A stretch of 52,958 nt of DNA, from the IMG/VR virus record IMGVR_UViG_2541047912_000003; one strand, written 5' to 3'. This DNA is from a virus (Duplodnaviria; Heunggongvirae; Uroviricota; Caudoviricetes). Of the stretch, positions 1-11,244 are shown piece after piece (position 1 is the first letter of the stretch; every line of letters starts with the position of its first letter). Both the position numbers and the translations under genes were made by a program. The notes under the pieces are model-generated. The model made no database searches. It was not told the DNA's origin and was given only the letters and a program-made list of their open reading frames with translations.

Positions 1-91
1 CACAACATCCGAGGACAGCAACACCCGATACTTTTTCCTAGCTTCCAGCAACGGGGTTTCTTCCTCCGTTGCATATACAGCTCACCTTTTT

Positions 92-385
92 TCACCCACG
101 ATTAACCAACAGCCAGACCAGCAGACACGCCACCACCGGCACAGCAAAATCCATCAGGCTTGCCACATCCCAAGCACGCGGATCAAAACCGCCCCACCAC
201 GGCATATTCATTCGCTTGCCATGCCCGAACATTTCAATCCAGCGATATTCTGCCTGGGTATGTTCACGCGCAATGAAGAACGTACAACCGGCTATCGCTC
301 CGTAAGCCCAGTTTCCGGTAAAAAGACCAACCAGTATCTGCGCAGCCACAGCACAAAGTGCATGAAGTAAGGGGCTTATATCCAT
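92..385 (-). CDS. hypothetical small membrane protein (97 aa) distal to the tail-fibre genes
   Basis: ORF with two hydrophobic stretches (LLHALCAVAAQILVGLF, FAVPVVACLLVWLLV); same strand as the tail module; no family recognised. Confidence 0.4.
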   Translation of the reverse strand: MDISPLLHALCAVAAQILVGLFTGNWAYGAIAGCTFFIAREHTQAEYRWIEMFGHGKRMNMPWWGGFDPRAWDVASLMDFAVPVVACLLVWLLVNRG

Positions 386-397
386 TATTTCCTCCTT

Positions 398-676
398 TCA
401 GCTCCATTCCCGAAGCGGTGTTTCCAGCTCCACGACATAATCAGAGAATACAGAAACATCAAACAAGTCATCAAGAATGCGAATGTTGACAAAATAACCA
501 TCATTCCGGATACAGACAGGTTCTCCCTCTTCTGTTACCCCTGTTTCTGTGTAGGTGAAACCAATTTCATCAACTAACAGTTTATTCTGGAGGTCTTCAT
601 CTTCCGCCCAGCCAAGAGATGACAGGAAGGCCTTAAACTGCAGTTTGTCATGAAACTTCAAAGTTAAATCTTTCAT
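398..676 (-). CDS. hypothetical acidic protein (92 aa) immediately downstream of the tail fibre gene
   Basis: ORF start overlaps the tail-fibre stop (676 vs 673), suggesting translational coupling; function unknown. Confidence 0.45.
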   Translation of the reverse strand: MKDLTLKFHDKLQFKAFLSSLGWAEDEDLQNKLLVDEIGFTYTETGVTEEGEPVCIRNDGYFVNIRILDDLFDVSVFSDYVVELETPLREWS

Positions 677-2739
677 ACGACCTCTTTTAATTGCCTGTCA
701 TTTAATTCTTTATGCCATATGCGGAAATTGCGAATATGGCCAAACAGATGTCGTTCTCCAGTGTTCGTCTGCCCTCCAAATCGGATATTTTTATCAGCGG
801 TCACGCCATTATATTCACAATAAACTTCATTAACCGCTTTACCATTTGTCACCACATGAAAGTGACCATCAGCTTTTGCAATACATCCAAATGTGGTTTT
901 CTCTGCAAATACATCTGTCGCTGCGCTATTAACATACGAGCCTGAAGGGTTTGACAGACTCATATATAACTTACCACTACCTCTGTTGATTGCTGCAATT
1001 GCTGATTGCCCGGTATTGGCTGCTGCTATATCCCACACGCGGGGTGCGGCGTTTGGTGCAATATCCCAGTTTTTATGAATCTCAAGTAAAAAAGTAAATG
1101 GTAACTTATAAAGATTATTTCTGGTGGGGATACTAACCAAATCACTGGCTCTTGTCGTTGCGCTGCCTCCTGAAATAATAAATGATGATACACACGGCCC
1201 ATTCTCTACTTGTGGGGTGGCAAGATAAATATAGTCACCAGATACTGTTGCCCCACCCTGCTCAGGAGAATACTGTATCTGAGAGCCTATTTTTAACTCA
1301 CCATCAATTGCCTGAATCGTTGCCCCTGCAAAAATCCAGCCTGTGGTCTTATCCTTCCTGACTCGTGCCGTAATTCTGCCGGCAGCCCCACCTGTCATAT
1401 TAATTTCAAGCGTTTGCGTATCAATGTACGCATCGCCAAGAAAAGTTGTTGCACTACCATCATACTTATCAAACCGTATACGTAACCTTACCTGTCGTTC
1501 TGTTTTAAAACGGCATGAGGTTGTCACGTACTTGTTATCGCCTGAGACATCAACTGACTTTGTTGCAGCAATTGATGCCATATTAATAGCCGAAGTTTGC
1601 CCAACCAGAGAATCGTTGCAGACAAACTTTCCATAAGTAAAACCAAAACTATCTGTCCCGGTTTCGGGCACATCCATGTTTGATGACTTCCCCCAGCTGG
1701 CTGGACTTTCCGAATTGAGCATGTAGTTCGTTCTTTGTCCCTCAATAAGCAGGCCATCACACTCAAATCGCGGCTCATTAATTTCCGCCGTTTTCAGTTC
1801 GCCAGATTTGTTGATATATGTTGCCGTTGATGCGCGACTGAAATTAACCTGTTTATCACTGGCGACCTGAACCACATCGTCACCAATAGCTATTTTTTTA
1901 TAGCCCGGAGAAAAACCCGCAATCATATCCAGTGAATCGTTAAACGGTATCCACACATCAGGCAGCGGCGGCACTATATTCGCATAGGGCTCTGCAGTCA
2001 CTTCCGCTGCGACTTCTGCGCGGTCTGCCGCCTTTTCAGCCCGTGTCGCTGCCGACAGAGCCTCATCCTTTTTCTGCCCGGCCTTTGTTGCGTCTGCTGC
2101 GGCCTCCCGCGCTTTTGTGGTGGCGACTCCGGCATTTTCAGCGGCTGACTCTGCATTACGGCGGGAAGCCTCTTCACTGTCTGCGGAGGCTTCTTCTGAC
2201 GCACGGGCATTTGTCTCTGAACGTTCTGCCGCTGTTGCTGCGTTTTGTGCGGCTGTTTTTGAAGAAGCTGCCGCTTTCGCGCTGTTACCTGCATTCGTCT
2301 CTGATGTTTTCGCCGCATTCCTGGACGATGCCGCTGCTGTTTCTGATTTCTTTGCTGCCGCTGCGCTCTGAGAGGCGGCTTCAGCGTTGCGTGCCACCTC
2401 TTCCACCATCTTTTCAAAACGATACAGTGCCTCCGGACGAACATCATCTTCTGTTGCAGCGCCCAGAAAATCATTCAGCGTCCCCGGCTTAGAATCCTCA
2501 TACACGGTGATGGTCCCGGCATGTGAAGGCGGAAAACCTTCAACCAGCAGGATAACGCTGTACTGGCCATACTCGACATCCATGCTGTAACGTCCGGCTT
2601 CATCCGGATTTTCTGAGGCCACCGTGTTCACCACAACCGTGGTGCTGTTACGTTTTGCTTTGAGCTGAATGGTGCAGTTCTGTATCGGTTTTCCTGCACC
2701 GTCTTTCAGCACGCCTGAAATCTGTACTGCCATATTCAC
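673..2739 (-). CDS. side tail fibre protein (688 aa) with prophage tail-fibre N-terminal domain and Ala-rich coiled-coil repeat region
   Basis: N-terminus MAVQISGVLKDGAGKPIQNCTIQLKA is the conserved prophage tail-fibre N-terminal domain; central low-complexity Ala/Ser/Glu repeat (about 2000-2450); directly downstream of J. Confidence 0.85.
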   Translation of the reverse strand: MNMAVQISGVLKDGAGKPIQNCTIQLKAKRNSTTVVVNTVASENPDEAGRYSMDVEYGQYSVILLVEGFPPSHAGTITVYEDSKPGTLNDFLGAATEDDVRPEALYRFEKMVEEVARNAEAASQSAAAAKKSETAAASSRNAAKTSETNAGNSAKAAASSKTAAQNAATAAERSETNARASEEASADSEEASRRNAESAAENAGVATTKAREAAADATKAGQKKDEALSAATRAEKAADRAEVAAEVTAEPYANIVPPLPDVWIPFNDSLDMIAGFSPGYKKIAIGDDVVQVASDKQVNFSRASTATYINKSGELKTAEINEPRFECDGLLIEGQRTNYMLNSESPASWGKSSNMDVPETGTDSFGFTYGKFVCNDSLVGQTSAINMASIAATKSVDVSGDNKYVTTSCRFKTERQVRLRIRFDKYDGSATTFLGDAYIDTQTLEINMTGGAAGRITARVRKDKTTGWIFAGATIQAIDGELKIGSQIQYSPEQGGATVSGDYIYLATPQVENGPCVSSFIISGGSATTRASDLVSIPTRNNLYKLPFTFLLEIHKNWDIAPNAAPRVWDIAAANTGQSAIAAINRGSGKLYMSLSNPSGSYVNSAATDVFAEKTTFGCIAKADGHFHVVTNGKAVNEVYCEYNGVTADKNIRFGGQTNTGERHLFGHIRNFRIWHKELNDRQLKEVV

Positions 2740-2791
2740 TCCACAAATAAAAAAGGCGCCATTTCTGGCACCCGTATCTGGGTTATAAAAT

Positions 2792-5700
2792 TCAACTGAT
2801 ACTGATACCGGCTGTAGATTTCTTCATCACAACAACAAGAAGGTCGCTGATACTGGTCGTTGGCGTCCAGTTATTAGCACCATATGAAGAAACATTGAAA
2901 GTCAGGGTGACATGGCCGTGTCCGGCAGGCATATCAATGACTGATGAAAATACCCTGCTGACATCCGTCGCGGGTTGCTGAAAGATTTCCTGTCCGTTCT
3001 TCAGCACCTGCAGCTTACAGGTTGAATACCAGTATGACTGTTGGTTGTTGCTGTTGAAGTTTTCATGCTTACCACCGCGAAACAGAACGGGGGGGATTAC
3101 TATCTGACGGTCAAAAGCCTGGTCATCGTACACCGTGACCGTTATTGTACCGCTGGCATAACTGCTATTTCTCGGAAAGGCTTTTCCCACCGTTTTAACA
3201 ATATCGCCTTCAATCTGGTTGGCTGACAGTTTTCCCAGAATCCGGCAGTTCTGATTAATCGTGACATTGTTGAGCGTCCCGGAGTTCGCGTTCACGTTAC
3301 CGCTGATATCCGCATTTTTCGCCGTCAGCCGCCCGTCCGGTGTCAGGGAAAATGCCGGAGGATTACCGCCGCTGGTAATGGTGGGAGCCGTCAGATATTT
3401 CAGGAACACTTCATTCATAAATATCTGATCGCCCTGACCAACAAACATCGGCTTTGTATTGCCATTCGCAGGATTAATCATCGCAATCCTGTCCGCCGCC
3501 AGCAGCACCTGACTCTGCATACCGTCAGGGGTATTCTCAATACCGGCACCAATACCCGCGATATAAAGGCGTCCGTCCTGCATCTGCTGCAGCTTCACAG
3601 CCCACATGCTGTTCAGGTTATTATTTGTATCAACCTGAACCTTCTGTATCTGCTGGATCGCTGCACTCTGGTCTTCCAGTTTCTTATTGACGGTCTGCGT
3701 GATTTCATTGCTGACACCCGTAATGGACGTCCTGATTTCAGCCAGGTCAGGCGCAAGCTGACCGTTATCAATCTGCGTCCACAACTCCTGAGCCAGATGG
3801 GTTTTCCCTATCTCTCCTTTGAAAAAATTCAGATAGCCGGATGCATCATCACTCGGCTGGCCAACAGCCTCCACAAATGCCGATTTGCCAACGGTGTTCA
3901 CACTGCGGATGTAAAAATAATAATCATGGCCCGGTTTGATATTGATACTGGCGGCTATCCAGTACAGCGCCGTGCCAAGATAGCGTGCTGTGGTTTCAAC
4001 CTGCCTGATATCCGCAATCCGCTTTTCCGAGAACCAGAACTCAAACTGTACCGTCGGATCATAAACCGCAAGATGCGGCGTGGCGGTTATCTGAAAATAC
4101 CCCGGTGTCAGCTCAATCTGCGACGGCGCTGCCGGTGCGGCAATCCGGAACGATACCGATGCCGGATCGCCCTGCTGCCCCCACGCATTTACCGCCCGGA
4201 CTGTCAGCCTGTAGTTCCCCAGCGCCAGTTGCCTGAAGCGGTATGTGGTTTCCGTCGTCCGGGCCATGCTGACCAGCCGCTCACTGCCGTCGTCCGCTGC
4301 CACGGTAAGGCGAAGCAGGAAGCTCACGCCCTTCACCACCTTCGGCGTGTCCCATCGCGCCAGCACCTGATATTCCCCGCTGTCTGCGGTGACTTCGGCG
4401 GTCAGGTGCTGCACCGCTGGCGGCGTGACACCATTCACCGTGCCGCTCTGGTCGCCGTCAAAGTGCGCCCCGTTATCCACGATGGCTTCTTTTTCCGGTA
4501 CATGCTGCACGGCGGTGATGGCATACGTACCGTCATCGTTCTCCCGGATACTCACACAGCGGAACAGGCGCTGGCGCAGCGTCGGCAGCTTCAGCCCCCA
4601 CACGCTGTATTCGGCAACGCCGTCAGGAACACGGCTCACTTTCACCTTCACGCCGTCGGTGACGGACTGGACCTCCACGCTGACCGGATTGCCATTTCCG
4701 TCAACCAGGCTTATCAGCGTGGTGGCGGAGGATGGCAGCATGATTTCACGGTCGAGCGTCAGTGTCCGCGCCTGGCTGTTCACCGCCAGCACGCGCCCGC
4801 CGATGCTGATACCCGCATAGTCATCATCGCAGATTTCAATGACATCGCCCGGTACATGACGAAGCCCTTCTGCGCCCACGCTGAAGTCCACGGTCTGCGT
4901 TTCCAGCAGCTCCGTTTTAATCAGCCACAGCCCGGCGCGGTGTGCCTGCCCCCGACTGGTACAGCCAAAGGCATCCATCTTCGTGACGTTACGACCGTAA
5001 CGGGCAATGGCCTGCGTGTCCTCCACAAGCTCTGTCGCCGTCTCCCAGCCGTTATCCGGGTCAATCCAGTTCACCTCAACGGCATTATGGCGGTCTTTCA
5101 GGGCGCTGAAGCTGTAGCGGAACGGCGCGCCATCATCCGGCATCACCACATTACTGCGGTTATAGATCCACACCTTATCCGACGGTCGGTCCTGCACGAA
5201 TGTCAGCGTCTGCCCGTTCCATACCGGCATACAGCGCATCGCCGAGCAAAAATCACTGAGCACATCCCACGCCTTGCGCTGTGTGGTCAGGTACGCATTA
5301 CAGGTGATGCGCGGCTCCGTGCCGCCAAATCCGTCAGGCACCGACTGGTCGCAGTACTGACCGATGACATACAGCGCCCATTTATCCACATCTGCCGCAC
5401 CAAGACGTTTCCCCATGCCATAGCGCGGATGGGTCAGCATATCCCACAGACACCAGGCCATGTTGTTGCTGTATGCCGGTTTTAACGTTCCGTCCCAGAT
5501 ACCGCTGTATTGCCGCGTCTGTGGGTTATAGTTCGACGGCACCTGCAGGATGCGCCCGCGAAAATGATAATTACGGCTCACCTGCTGGCTGCCGAACTGT
5601 TCCGAGTCCACCTGCACGCCGACCAGTGCCGTGTTCGGGTAGCACTGTTTCACATCGATGATTTCGGTGTATGACGACCAGAGCGTTTTGTTCTGCAGCT

Positions 5701-6274
5701 GGTCTGTGGTGCTGTCCGGCGTCATCCTGCGCATCCGGATATTAAACGGGCGCGGCGGCAGGTTACCCACCACCACCGAGGCCAGATACTGCGAGGTGGT
5801 TTTGCCCTTAATGGTGATGTCTTTTTCCGTCACCCAGCCACCGTTACGTTGTATCTGAACCAGCAGGCGGACTTCCGACGGATTCCGGTCCCCCTTTGAG
5901 GTGGTTTCCACCAGTGCCTGCACACCGAAGGTAAAGCGCAGACGGTCGATGTTTGCCGACGTGATGGTCCGGGTGATCGGCGTGTCATATTTCACTTCCG
6001 TACCCAGCACCGTCTCGGAACCGGAGGATTCAAACCCCTCCGGCGGAGTCTGCTCCTGCTCACCTGCCCGGAACACCACCGTGACACCGGAGATATTGGT
6101 ATTCCCCTCACTGTCCAGCACCGGCGTACTGTTCAGCAGCACGCTTTTTAATCCATCCACCGGACCTTCAACCGGCCCTTCGCTGATGGCATCGATCACA
6201 CTCAGCAGCTGCGTGGACTTCAGGTTGTCCTTCGCTTCGCGCGGGGTATGCCCCTTACTGCTGCCTTTACCCAT
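2792..6274 (-). CDS. J: central tail fibre / host specificity protein J
   Basis: 1160-aa ORF, N-terminus [37 protein letters not shown] and overall length match lambda gpJ; follows I. Confidence 0.95.
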   Translation of the reverse strand: MGKGSSKGHTPREAKDNLKSTQLLSVIDAISEGPVEGPVDGLKSVLLNSTPVLDSEGNTNISGVTVVFRAGEQEQTPPEGFESSGSETVLGTEVKYDTPITRTITSANIDRLRFTFGVQALVETTSKGDRNPSEVRLLVQIQRNGGWVTEKDITIKGKTTSQYLASVVVGNLPPRPFNIRMRRMTPDSTTDQLQNKTLWSSYTEIIDVKQCYPNTALVGVQVDSEQFGSQQVSRNYHFRGRILQVPSNYNPQTRQYSGIWDGTLKPAYSNNMAWCLWDMLTHPRYGMGKRLGAADVDKWALYVIGQYCDQSVPDGFGGTEPRITCNAYLTTQRKAWDVLSDFCSAMRCMPVWNGQTLTFVQDRPSDKVWIYNRSNVVMPDDGAPFRYSFSALKDRHNAVEVNWIDPDNGWETATELVEDTQAIARYGRNVTKMDAFGCTSRGQAHRAGLWLIKTELLETQTVDFSVGAEGLRHVPGDVIEICDDDYAGISIGGRVLAVNSQARTLTLDREIMLPSSATTLISLVDGNGNPVSVEVQSVTDGVKVKVSRVPDGVAEYSVWGLKLPTLRQRLFRCVSIRENDDGTYAITAVQHVPEKEAIVDNGAHFDGDQSGTVNGVTPPAVQHLTAEVTADSGEYQVLARWDTPKVVKGVSFLLRLTVAADDGSERLVSMARTTETTYRFRQLALGNYRLTVRAVNAWGQQGDPASVSFRIAAPAAPSQIELTPGYFQITATPHLAVYDPTVQFEFWFSEKRIADIRQVETTARYLGTALYWIAASINIKPGHDYYFYIRSVNTVGKSAFVEAVGQPSDDASGYLNFFKGEIGKTHLAQELWTQIDNGQLAPDLAEIRTSITGVSNEITQTVNKKLEDQSAAIQQIQKVQVDTNNNLNSMWAVKLQQMQDGRLYIAGIGAGIENTPDGMQSQVLLAADRIAMINPANGNTKPMFVGQGDQIFMNEVFLKYLTAPTITSGGNPPAFSLTPDGRLTAKNADISGNVNANSGTLNNVTINQNCRILGKLSANQIEGDIVKTVGKAFPRNSSYASGTITVTVYDDQAFDRQIVIPPVLFRGGKHENFNSNNQQSYWYSTCKLQVLKNGQEIFQQPATDVSRVFSSVIDMPAGHGHVTLTFNVSSYGANNWTPTTSISDLLVVVMKKSTAGISIS

Positions 6275-6334
6275 TCGTCATGCTCCATAAACGATAAAAC
6301 CGCCCGGAGGCGGTTTCACATAAAACATTTTGCA

Positions 6335-7006
6335 TCAGCGACCAATCACCACAACCTGACCACCATCCCCTTCGTCTGCCGTGCTGATCTCCTGAGAAAC
6401 CACGCGTGACCCCACGCGCATTTCACCGTACAGAACCGGCAGAACATTGCCCTGGGCAACCATGTTATCCAGTGAGGAGAAATAGGTGTTCTGTTTGCCG
6501 TTATCCGTTGTCTGTGTACGGGGAGTTCTGGCTTTCGGTGCCAGCATCTGCGCCACACCACCGAGCACCATACTGGCACCGAGAGAAAACAGGATGCCGG
6601 TCATACCACCGGCCCCAATGGCTGCCCCCCATGCTGCAAGGGTGGCTCCAGCGGTAAAGAATGATCCGGCAATGGCGGCAGCCCCCAGGACAACCTGGAA
6701 TACGCCACCTGACTTGGCCCCGGCGACTCTGGGAACAATATGAATCACAGCGCCATCAGGCAGAGTCTCATGTAACTGCGCCGTTAACCCGGACGTGCTG
6801 ACGTCCCGCCCGGCAATCCGTACCTGATACCAGCCGTCGCTCAGTTTCTGACGAAACACCGGGAGCTGTGTGGCCAGTGCGCGGATGGCTTCAGCCCCCG
6901 TTTTCACACGAAGGTCGATGCGGCGGCCAAATCGTTGCAAATCCCCGTAAAGGCAGATGCGCGCCATGCCCGGTGACGCCAGAGGGAGTGTGTGCGTCGC
7001 TGCCAT
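6335..7006 (-). CDS. I: tail assembly protein I
   Basis: 223 aa, matches lambda gpI (Gly/Ala-rich hydrophobic middle); overlaps the 3' end of K by ~100 nt as in lambda. Confidence 0.9.
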   Translation of the reverse strand: MAATHTLPLASPGMARICLYGDLQRFGRRIDLRVKTGAEAIRALATQLPVFRQKLSDGWYQVRIAGRDVSTSGLTAQLHETLPDGAVIHIVPRVAGAKSGGVFQVVLGAAAIAGSFFTAGATLAAWGAAIGAGGMTGILFSLGASMVLGGVAQMLAPKARTPRTQTTDNGKQNTYFSSLDNMVAQGNVLPVLYGEMRVGSRVVSQEISTADEGDGGQVVVIGR

Positions 7007-7647
7007 TTGTCGGTATACCTCTCTCGTTTGCTCAGTTGTTCAGGAATATGGTGCAGCAGCTCGCCATCACCACAGTAAATGGCGGCATGATTCGGCACCG
7101 ATGAACCAAAACAGCACAGCAGCACATCGCCCGGTTGTGCTGATGACAACGGCACCTGATACAGCCCTGTGGCCTCCAGATTATCCAGATAGAGATTCTG
7201 ACCGTGACGCCACCAGTCATCCTCGCGATGAAAATCCGGCATCTCAATCCCCGCCAGATGATAAGCATCCCGGAACAGCGTGTAACAGTCCGTCACCCCG
7301 TGCTCAAAGCGCCGCCCGGTGAGATGCGGCACACAGCGGAACTTATGAATCGTCCCTCGGCAGACCAGCCACCACGGCAAATCACTCTGCACCTGCAGCC
7401 GCCGGTCGGCCTCACTCAGCCAGGGCAGACCACCGGGGTGGCTGTGGACCAGCGCCACAATCTCACCCTGCATTTCTGCCTGCAGCCAGTCTTCCGGCGA
7501 CATACGGAAATACGCCTCCGGCTCACCGGAGATATTCACGCAGGGGAAATATCTTTCCCCCTCCGGCGTGCTTACCACGAAGCCGCACGACTCCGCTGGC
7601 GCACATCGCCGGGCGTGCGCCAGAATCGCTGATTCTGTCTGTGTCAT
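6904..7647 (-). CDS. K: tail tip assembly protein K (JAMM/MPN plus NlpC/P60-like)
   Basis: HSHPGGLPWLSEAD (HxHx7SxxD) motif; ORF begins 6 nt after L stop; an internal Met at 7503 would give the 199-aa form I recall for lambda K, so the start is ambiguous. Confidence 0.85.
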   Translation of the reverse strand: MTQTESAILAHARRCAPAESCGFVVSTPEGERYFPCVNISGEPEAYFRMSPEDWLQAEMQGEIVALVHSHPGGLPWLSEADRRLQVQSDLPWWLVCRGTIHKFRCVPHLTGRRFEHGVTDCYTLFRDAYHLAGIEMPDFHREDDWWRHGQNLYLDNLEATGLYQVPLSSAQPGDVLLCCFGSSVPNHAAIYCGDGELLHHIPEQLSKRERYTDKWQRRTHSLWRHRAWRASAFTGICNDLAAASTFV

Positions 7648-7652
7648 GGGAT

Positions 7653-8351
7653 TTACTGCGAAAGTTTGTTAATGGAAAGGAAGCCGCCAAAGTTGCCGAC
7701 GTTATTGCGGAACTTACAGCCACTCAGGCATTTGCTGCATTTATCCTTCGTGATATCGGACGTCGGCTGGTCATATTCATCCGCGACCGCCGGACCGCTA
7801 TAACCGCACTCATCACCGCGATAGGTCCAGGTGCAGGTGTTGGCCAGCATGATGCGCCCCGGAAAAACAGCACCATCCGTTTCCGTCGGCGTGGACAGTA
7901 CAAAAGAGGCACTCACCGCGCTCAGTTCGCTGCACTGCTCAATGCGCCAGCGGCTGATCACCTCCTGCTCCGGATCGGCGTCACTGTTTCCGTTGACGAA
8001 GTTCACCGCATCCAGAAAACGGGCGTAAACCTTACGCCTGACCACCGTTCCGCCGACCAGACTCTGCAGATCTTCCGCCATCCCGGTGACCATACCGTAC
8101 AGGTTAGAAACCGTCAGCGTGGGGCGCGTACTGGTGCCTTTGCCATTCAGTTCAAAACCACTCCCCTGAATGGGATACGGCTGATACTGTCGCCCCTGCC
8201 AGGTGACCGGCTCACCTTTTTCGTTCTGCTCATTACAGAAAAAATAACGTTCTCCACCGACCTCTGTCAGATCGATTTCCCAGAGCACCACGCTGGCCGA
8301 CTGCTCCGCACGGGTGCATTCATTCAGTGTTTCCTGCCGGATATCCTGCAT
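7653..8351 (-). CDS. L: minor tail protein L
   Basis: 232 aa, matches lambda gpL including the C-terminal Cys cluster (CSKCLSGC). Confidence 0.95.
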   Translation of the reverse strand: MQDIRQETLNECTRAEQSASVVLWEIDLTEVGGERYFFCNEQNEKGEPVTWQGRQYQPYPIQGSGFELNGKGTSTRPTLTVSNLYGMVTGMAEDLQSLVGGTVVRRKVYARFLDAVNFVNGNSDADPEQEVISRWRIEQCSELSAVSASFVLSTPTETDGAVFPGRIMLANTCTWTYRGDECGYSGPAVADEYDQPTSDITKDKCSKCLSGCKFRNNVGNFGGFLSINKLSQ

Positions 8352-8680
8352 CAGATCACCACCTGTTCAAACTCTGCGCTGAACTCAACACGCAGCATAC
8401 TGACCCGCGACGACCATTTTGCGCAGGTCACCTTTATCTGCCGCCACTCATAAGGCGGCGTCCACAGAAAGGCTTTCCAGCCCCCGTGCTCAGCCAGAAA
8501 CGACTCCAGCGCCGTGGCCTCCCAACGGGGAACAGAAAGCGTCACGCTGTACGTTTTCAGGTCGGCATTCAGCCCGGCAGGCGCTCGCTGGGAATAGCCA
8601 TCACCAAAGCGCACTTTCCTGACGGAAGGGGCTGAAGCCACATCCATACCGGGTTTCACTTTCCAGCGGAAGGTCTTCAT
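8351..8680 (-). CDS. M: minor tail protein M
   Basis: 109 aa, matches lambda gpM; stop/start overlap with L. Confidence 0.95.
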   Translation of the reverse strand: MKTFRWKVKPGMDVASAPSVRKVRFGDGYSQRAPAGLNADLKTYSVTLSVPRWEATALESFLAEHGGWKAFLWTPPYEWRQIKVTCAKWSSRVSMLRVEFSAEFEQVVI

Positions 8681-11244
8681 CGTCCACCTCCGGAGAACAG
8701 ACCACCATCGCGCATCTGTGCCTGAATTTCATCACGGGCACCCTTGCGGGCCATGTCATACACTGCCTTCAGCATCTGTGGACCTGGCAGACCATTCGTA
8801 CCGTCGTTCTGAATCACCACGTTGTTGTTCTGCTCAAATCTGATACCCTCTGAACGCCGCATTTGCGCCGGACCTCCGGTGCCACCGACATAACCACCGG
8901 TGGCATAGCCGCGCATCAGCCGGTAAAGATTTCCTACGCCAATCCGGCTGGTTGCCTCCTTCGTGAAGACAAATTCACCACGGTGAACAATCCCCGCTGG
9001 CTCATATTTGCCGCCGGTTCCCGTAAATCCTCCGGTCGCAAAATGGAATTTCGCCGCAGCTGCCTGAATGGCTGTAACGCCTGACGCTGATGCGCCGCCG
9101 CCAATGGCGCTGCCGATACTTCCGACAATCCCCACCATTGCCTGCTTAAGCAGAATTTCTGTCATCATGGACAGCACGGAACGGGTGAAGCTGCGCCAGT
9201 TCTGCTCACTGCCGGTCAGCATCGCCGCCATATTCTGTGCAATGCCATCAAAGGTCTGCGTGGCAGCACTTTTTACCTGCGACATACTGTCCGTGGCGCT
9301 CTCTTCCCACTCACTCCAGCCGGACTTCAGGCCTGCCATCCAGCTCCCGCGAAGCTGGTCTTCAGCCGCCCAGGTCTTTTTCTGCTCTGACATGACGTTA
9401 TTCAGCGCCAGAGAATTATCGCCATACTGTTCCTTCAGGCGCTGTTCCGTGGCTTCCCGCGCTGCCTGCCGGTCAGTCAGCCCCCGGTTTTTTGCATCAA
9501 TGGCGGCCCGTTTTGCCCGTTGCTGCTGTGCGAATTTATCCGCCTGCTGTGCCAGCGCGTTCAGGTGCTCCTGATAGGTGACCTTGTCGCCAAGTGCAGC
9601 CAGCTGGCGTTTGTACTCCAGCGTCTCATCTTTATGCGCCAGCAGGGATTTCTCCTGTGCAGACAGCTGGCGACGTTGCGCCGCTTCCTCCAGTACCGCG
9701 AACTGACTCTCCGCCTTCCACAAATCCCGGCGCTGCTGGCTGATTTTCTCATTCGCTCCGGCATGCTTCTCCAGCGTCCGGAGTTCTGCCTGAAGCGTCA
9801 GCAGGGCGGCATGAGCACTGTCTTCCTGACGCTCTCCTGCAGACACCTTCACGCCGGACTGCTTCGGCTTTTTCAGTGTCGCTTCATAGTCCTTTTTCGC
9901 CGCCGCCATCAGCGTGTTGTAATCTGTCTGCAGGATTTTTCCGTCTTTCAGGGCCTTATTCAGTTCTTCCTGACGGGCGGTATATTTCTCCAGCGGCGTC
10001 TGCAGGCGTTCATAAGCCTTCTGCGCCTCTTCGGTATATTTCAGCCGTGATGCCTCAGACTCGGCCCAGTCCTTTGCTGCCATCTCTCTGGCCTTTTCAA
10101 GATCGGCCTGCAACGTGGCGGCTGAAAGCCCAAGTTGCGCATTCGCTCTGTCCTCCCATGCTCCCCGGAGATTAGCAAGAAATGCGGATGTTTTACCGCG
10201 CCGGTGGCTCCGGCTCTGATACCACTGCCATTTTTTGTCCGCCTCATCAAAAGCCTTTTCTGCTTTCTCCAGCATTTCCTGGGCTGTGTCCGGGCGACCA
10301 ATATCCAGCACCGAATCCCACATGGATTTGAATGCCCGCGCAGTCCTGTCTGCCCAGGTCTCCAGCGTGCCCATGTTCTCTTTCAGGCGGCGGGTCTGGT
10401 CATCAAACCCTTTCGTTGCGGCCTCGTTCGCTGCCTGCAATGCCCCGGCCTCATCGCCGGAACGCTGCAACTGAGCAACATACGCAATTTGCTCCGCCGT
10501 CACGTTATGGAACTGGCGCGCCATCGCCGTCAGCCCCGACGTCGGGTCAGTGGTCAGCTTCCCGAAGGCTTCAGCGACCTTGTCCACCTCCACGCCGGAT
10601 GCAGAGGAGAAACGCGCCACACTCTGGCTGATGGACGCAATCTGAGCCTCACCGCTTACCCCCGCCTTAACCAGTGCACTGAGTGACTCGCTGGTCTGGT
10701 TAAACGTCAGCCCTGCCGCCTGCCCGGCTCTGGACAGGACCAGCATACGATCTGCCGTCAGACCCGACTGATTACCGGAAAGGACCAGCGTTTTGTTGAA
10801 ATCGGACAGGGTTGAGTTACCCTGATACCAGGCATACGCCAGCGCACCGGTCGCCACCGCCAGCGAGGTGGCCCCGACCATCGGCAGGGTGATCGCACCG
10901 GCAAGCCCCCGGAACATGGGGATCATCCCGCCGAAGGAGTCCTTAACCTGACCACCCTGTTGCAGCAGGATCAGCCACGGACTTTGCCCGCCTGCAAGCT
11001 GCGTGGCCACGTCGGTGAACTGTGCAGGCAGCATACGCATGGCAGCTTTATACTGCCCGACGGAAATCCCCGCTTTCTGTGCAGCCAGCGCCTGCCGGTT
11101 CATCGACTGTTCAACGACTGCCGCTGTTTTTTTCGCATCAGTTTCCGTACCGGAAAAATGACGCCTGACTCTGGCCATCTGCTCGTCAAATCTGGCCGCA
11201 TCCAGACTTAAATCAACGACCAGATCGCCTACCGGTTCAGCCAT
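8677..11244 (-). CDS. H: tail tape measure protein H
   Basis: 855 aa, coiled-coil rich, Gly-rich C-terminus; size and position match lambda gpH. Confidence 0.95.
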   Translation of the reverse strand: MAEPVGDLVVDLSLDAARFDEQMARVRRHFSGTETDAKKTAAVVEQSMNRQALAAQKAGISVGQYKAAMRMLPAQFTDVATQLAGGQSPWLILLQQGGQVKDSFGGMIPMFRGLAGAITLPMVGATSLAVATGALAYAWYQGNSTLSDFNKTLVLSGNQSGLTADRMLVLSRAGQAAGLTFNQTSESLSALVKAGVSGEAQIASISQSVARFSSASGVEVDKVAEAFGKLTTDPTSGLTAMARQFHNVTAEQIAYVAQLQRSGDEAGALQAANEAATKGFDDQTRRLKENMGTLETWADRTARAFKSMWDSVLDIGRPDTAQEMLEKAEKAFDEADKKWQWYQSRSHRRGKTSAFLANLRGAWEDRANAQLGLSAATLQADLEKAREMAAKDWAESEASRLKYTEEAQKAYERLQTPLEKYTARQEELNKALKDGKILQTDYNTLMAAAKKDYEATLKKPKQSGVKVSAGERQEDSAHAALLTLQAELRTLEKHAGANEKISQQRRDLWKAESQFAVLEEAAQRRQLSAQEKSLLAHKDETLEYKRQLAALGDKVTYQEHLNALAQQADKFAQQQRAKRAAIDAKNRGLTDRQAAREATEQRLKEQYGDNSLALNNVMSEQKKTWAAEDQLRGSWMAGLKSGWSEWEESATDSMSQVKSAATQTFDGIAQNMAAMLTGSEQNWRSFTRSVLSMMTEILLKQAMVGIVGSIGSAIGGGASASGVTAIQAAAAKFHFATGGFTGTGGKYEPAGIVHRGEFVFTKEATSRIGVGNLYRLMRGYATGGYVGGTGGPAQMRRSEGIRFEQNNNVVIQNDGTNGLPGPQMLKAVYDMARKGARDEIQAQMRDGGLFSGGGR

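Noticed and set aside
1998-2492. Overlapping ORFs on both strands (158, 149 and 84 aa) in the tail-fibre repeat region
   Set aside because: Produced by the Ala/Ser-rich repetitive coding sequence of the tail fibre; translations are low-complexity Arg/Gln or Leu/Pro runs.
3797-5485. 562-aa plus-strand ORF
   Set aside because: Lies entirely antisense within J; Arg/His-rich low-complexity translation typical of a GC-rich antisense frame; no RBS context.
7641-8453. 270-aa plus-strand ORF
   Set aside because: Antisense to L and M, which are confidently identified; composition-driven open frame.
9068-10686. Several plus-strand ORFs of 99-183 aa
   Set aside because: All lie antisense within the tape measure gene H; Cys/Arg-rich nonsense translations.
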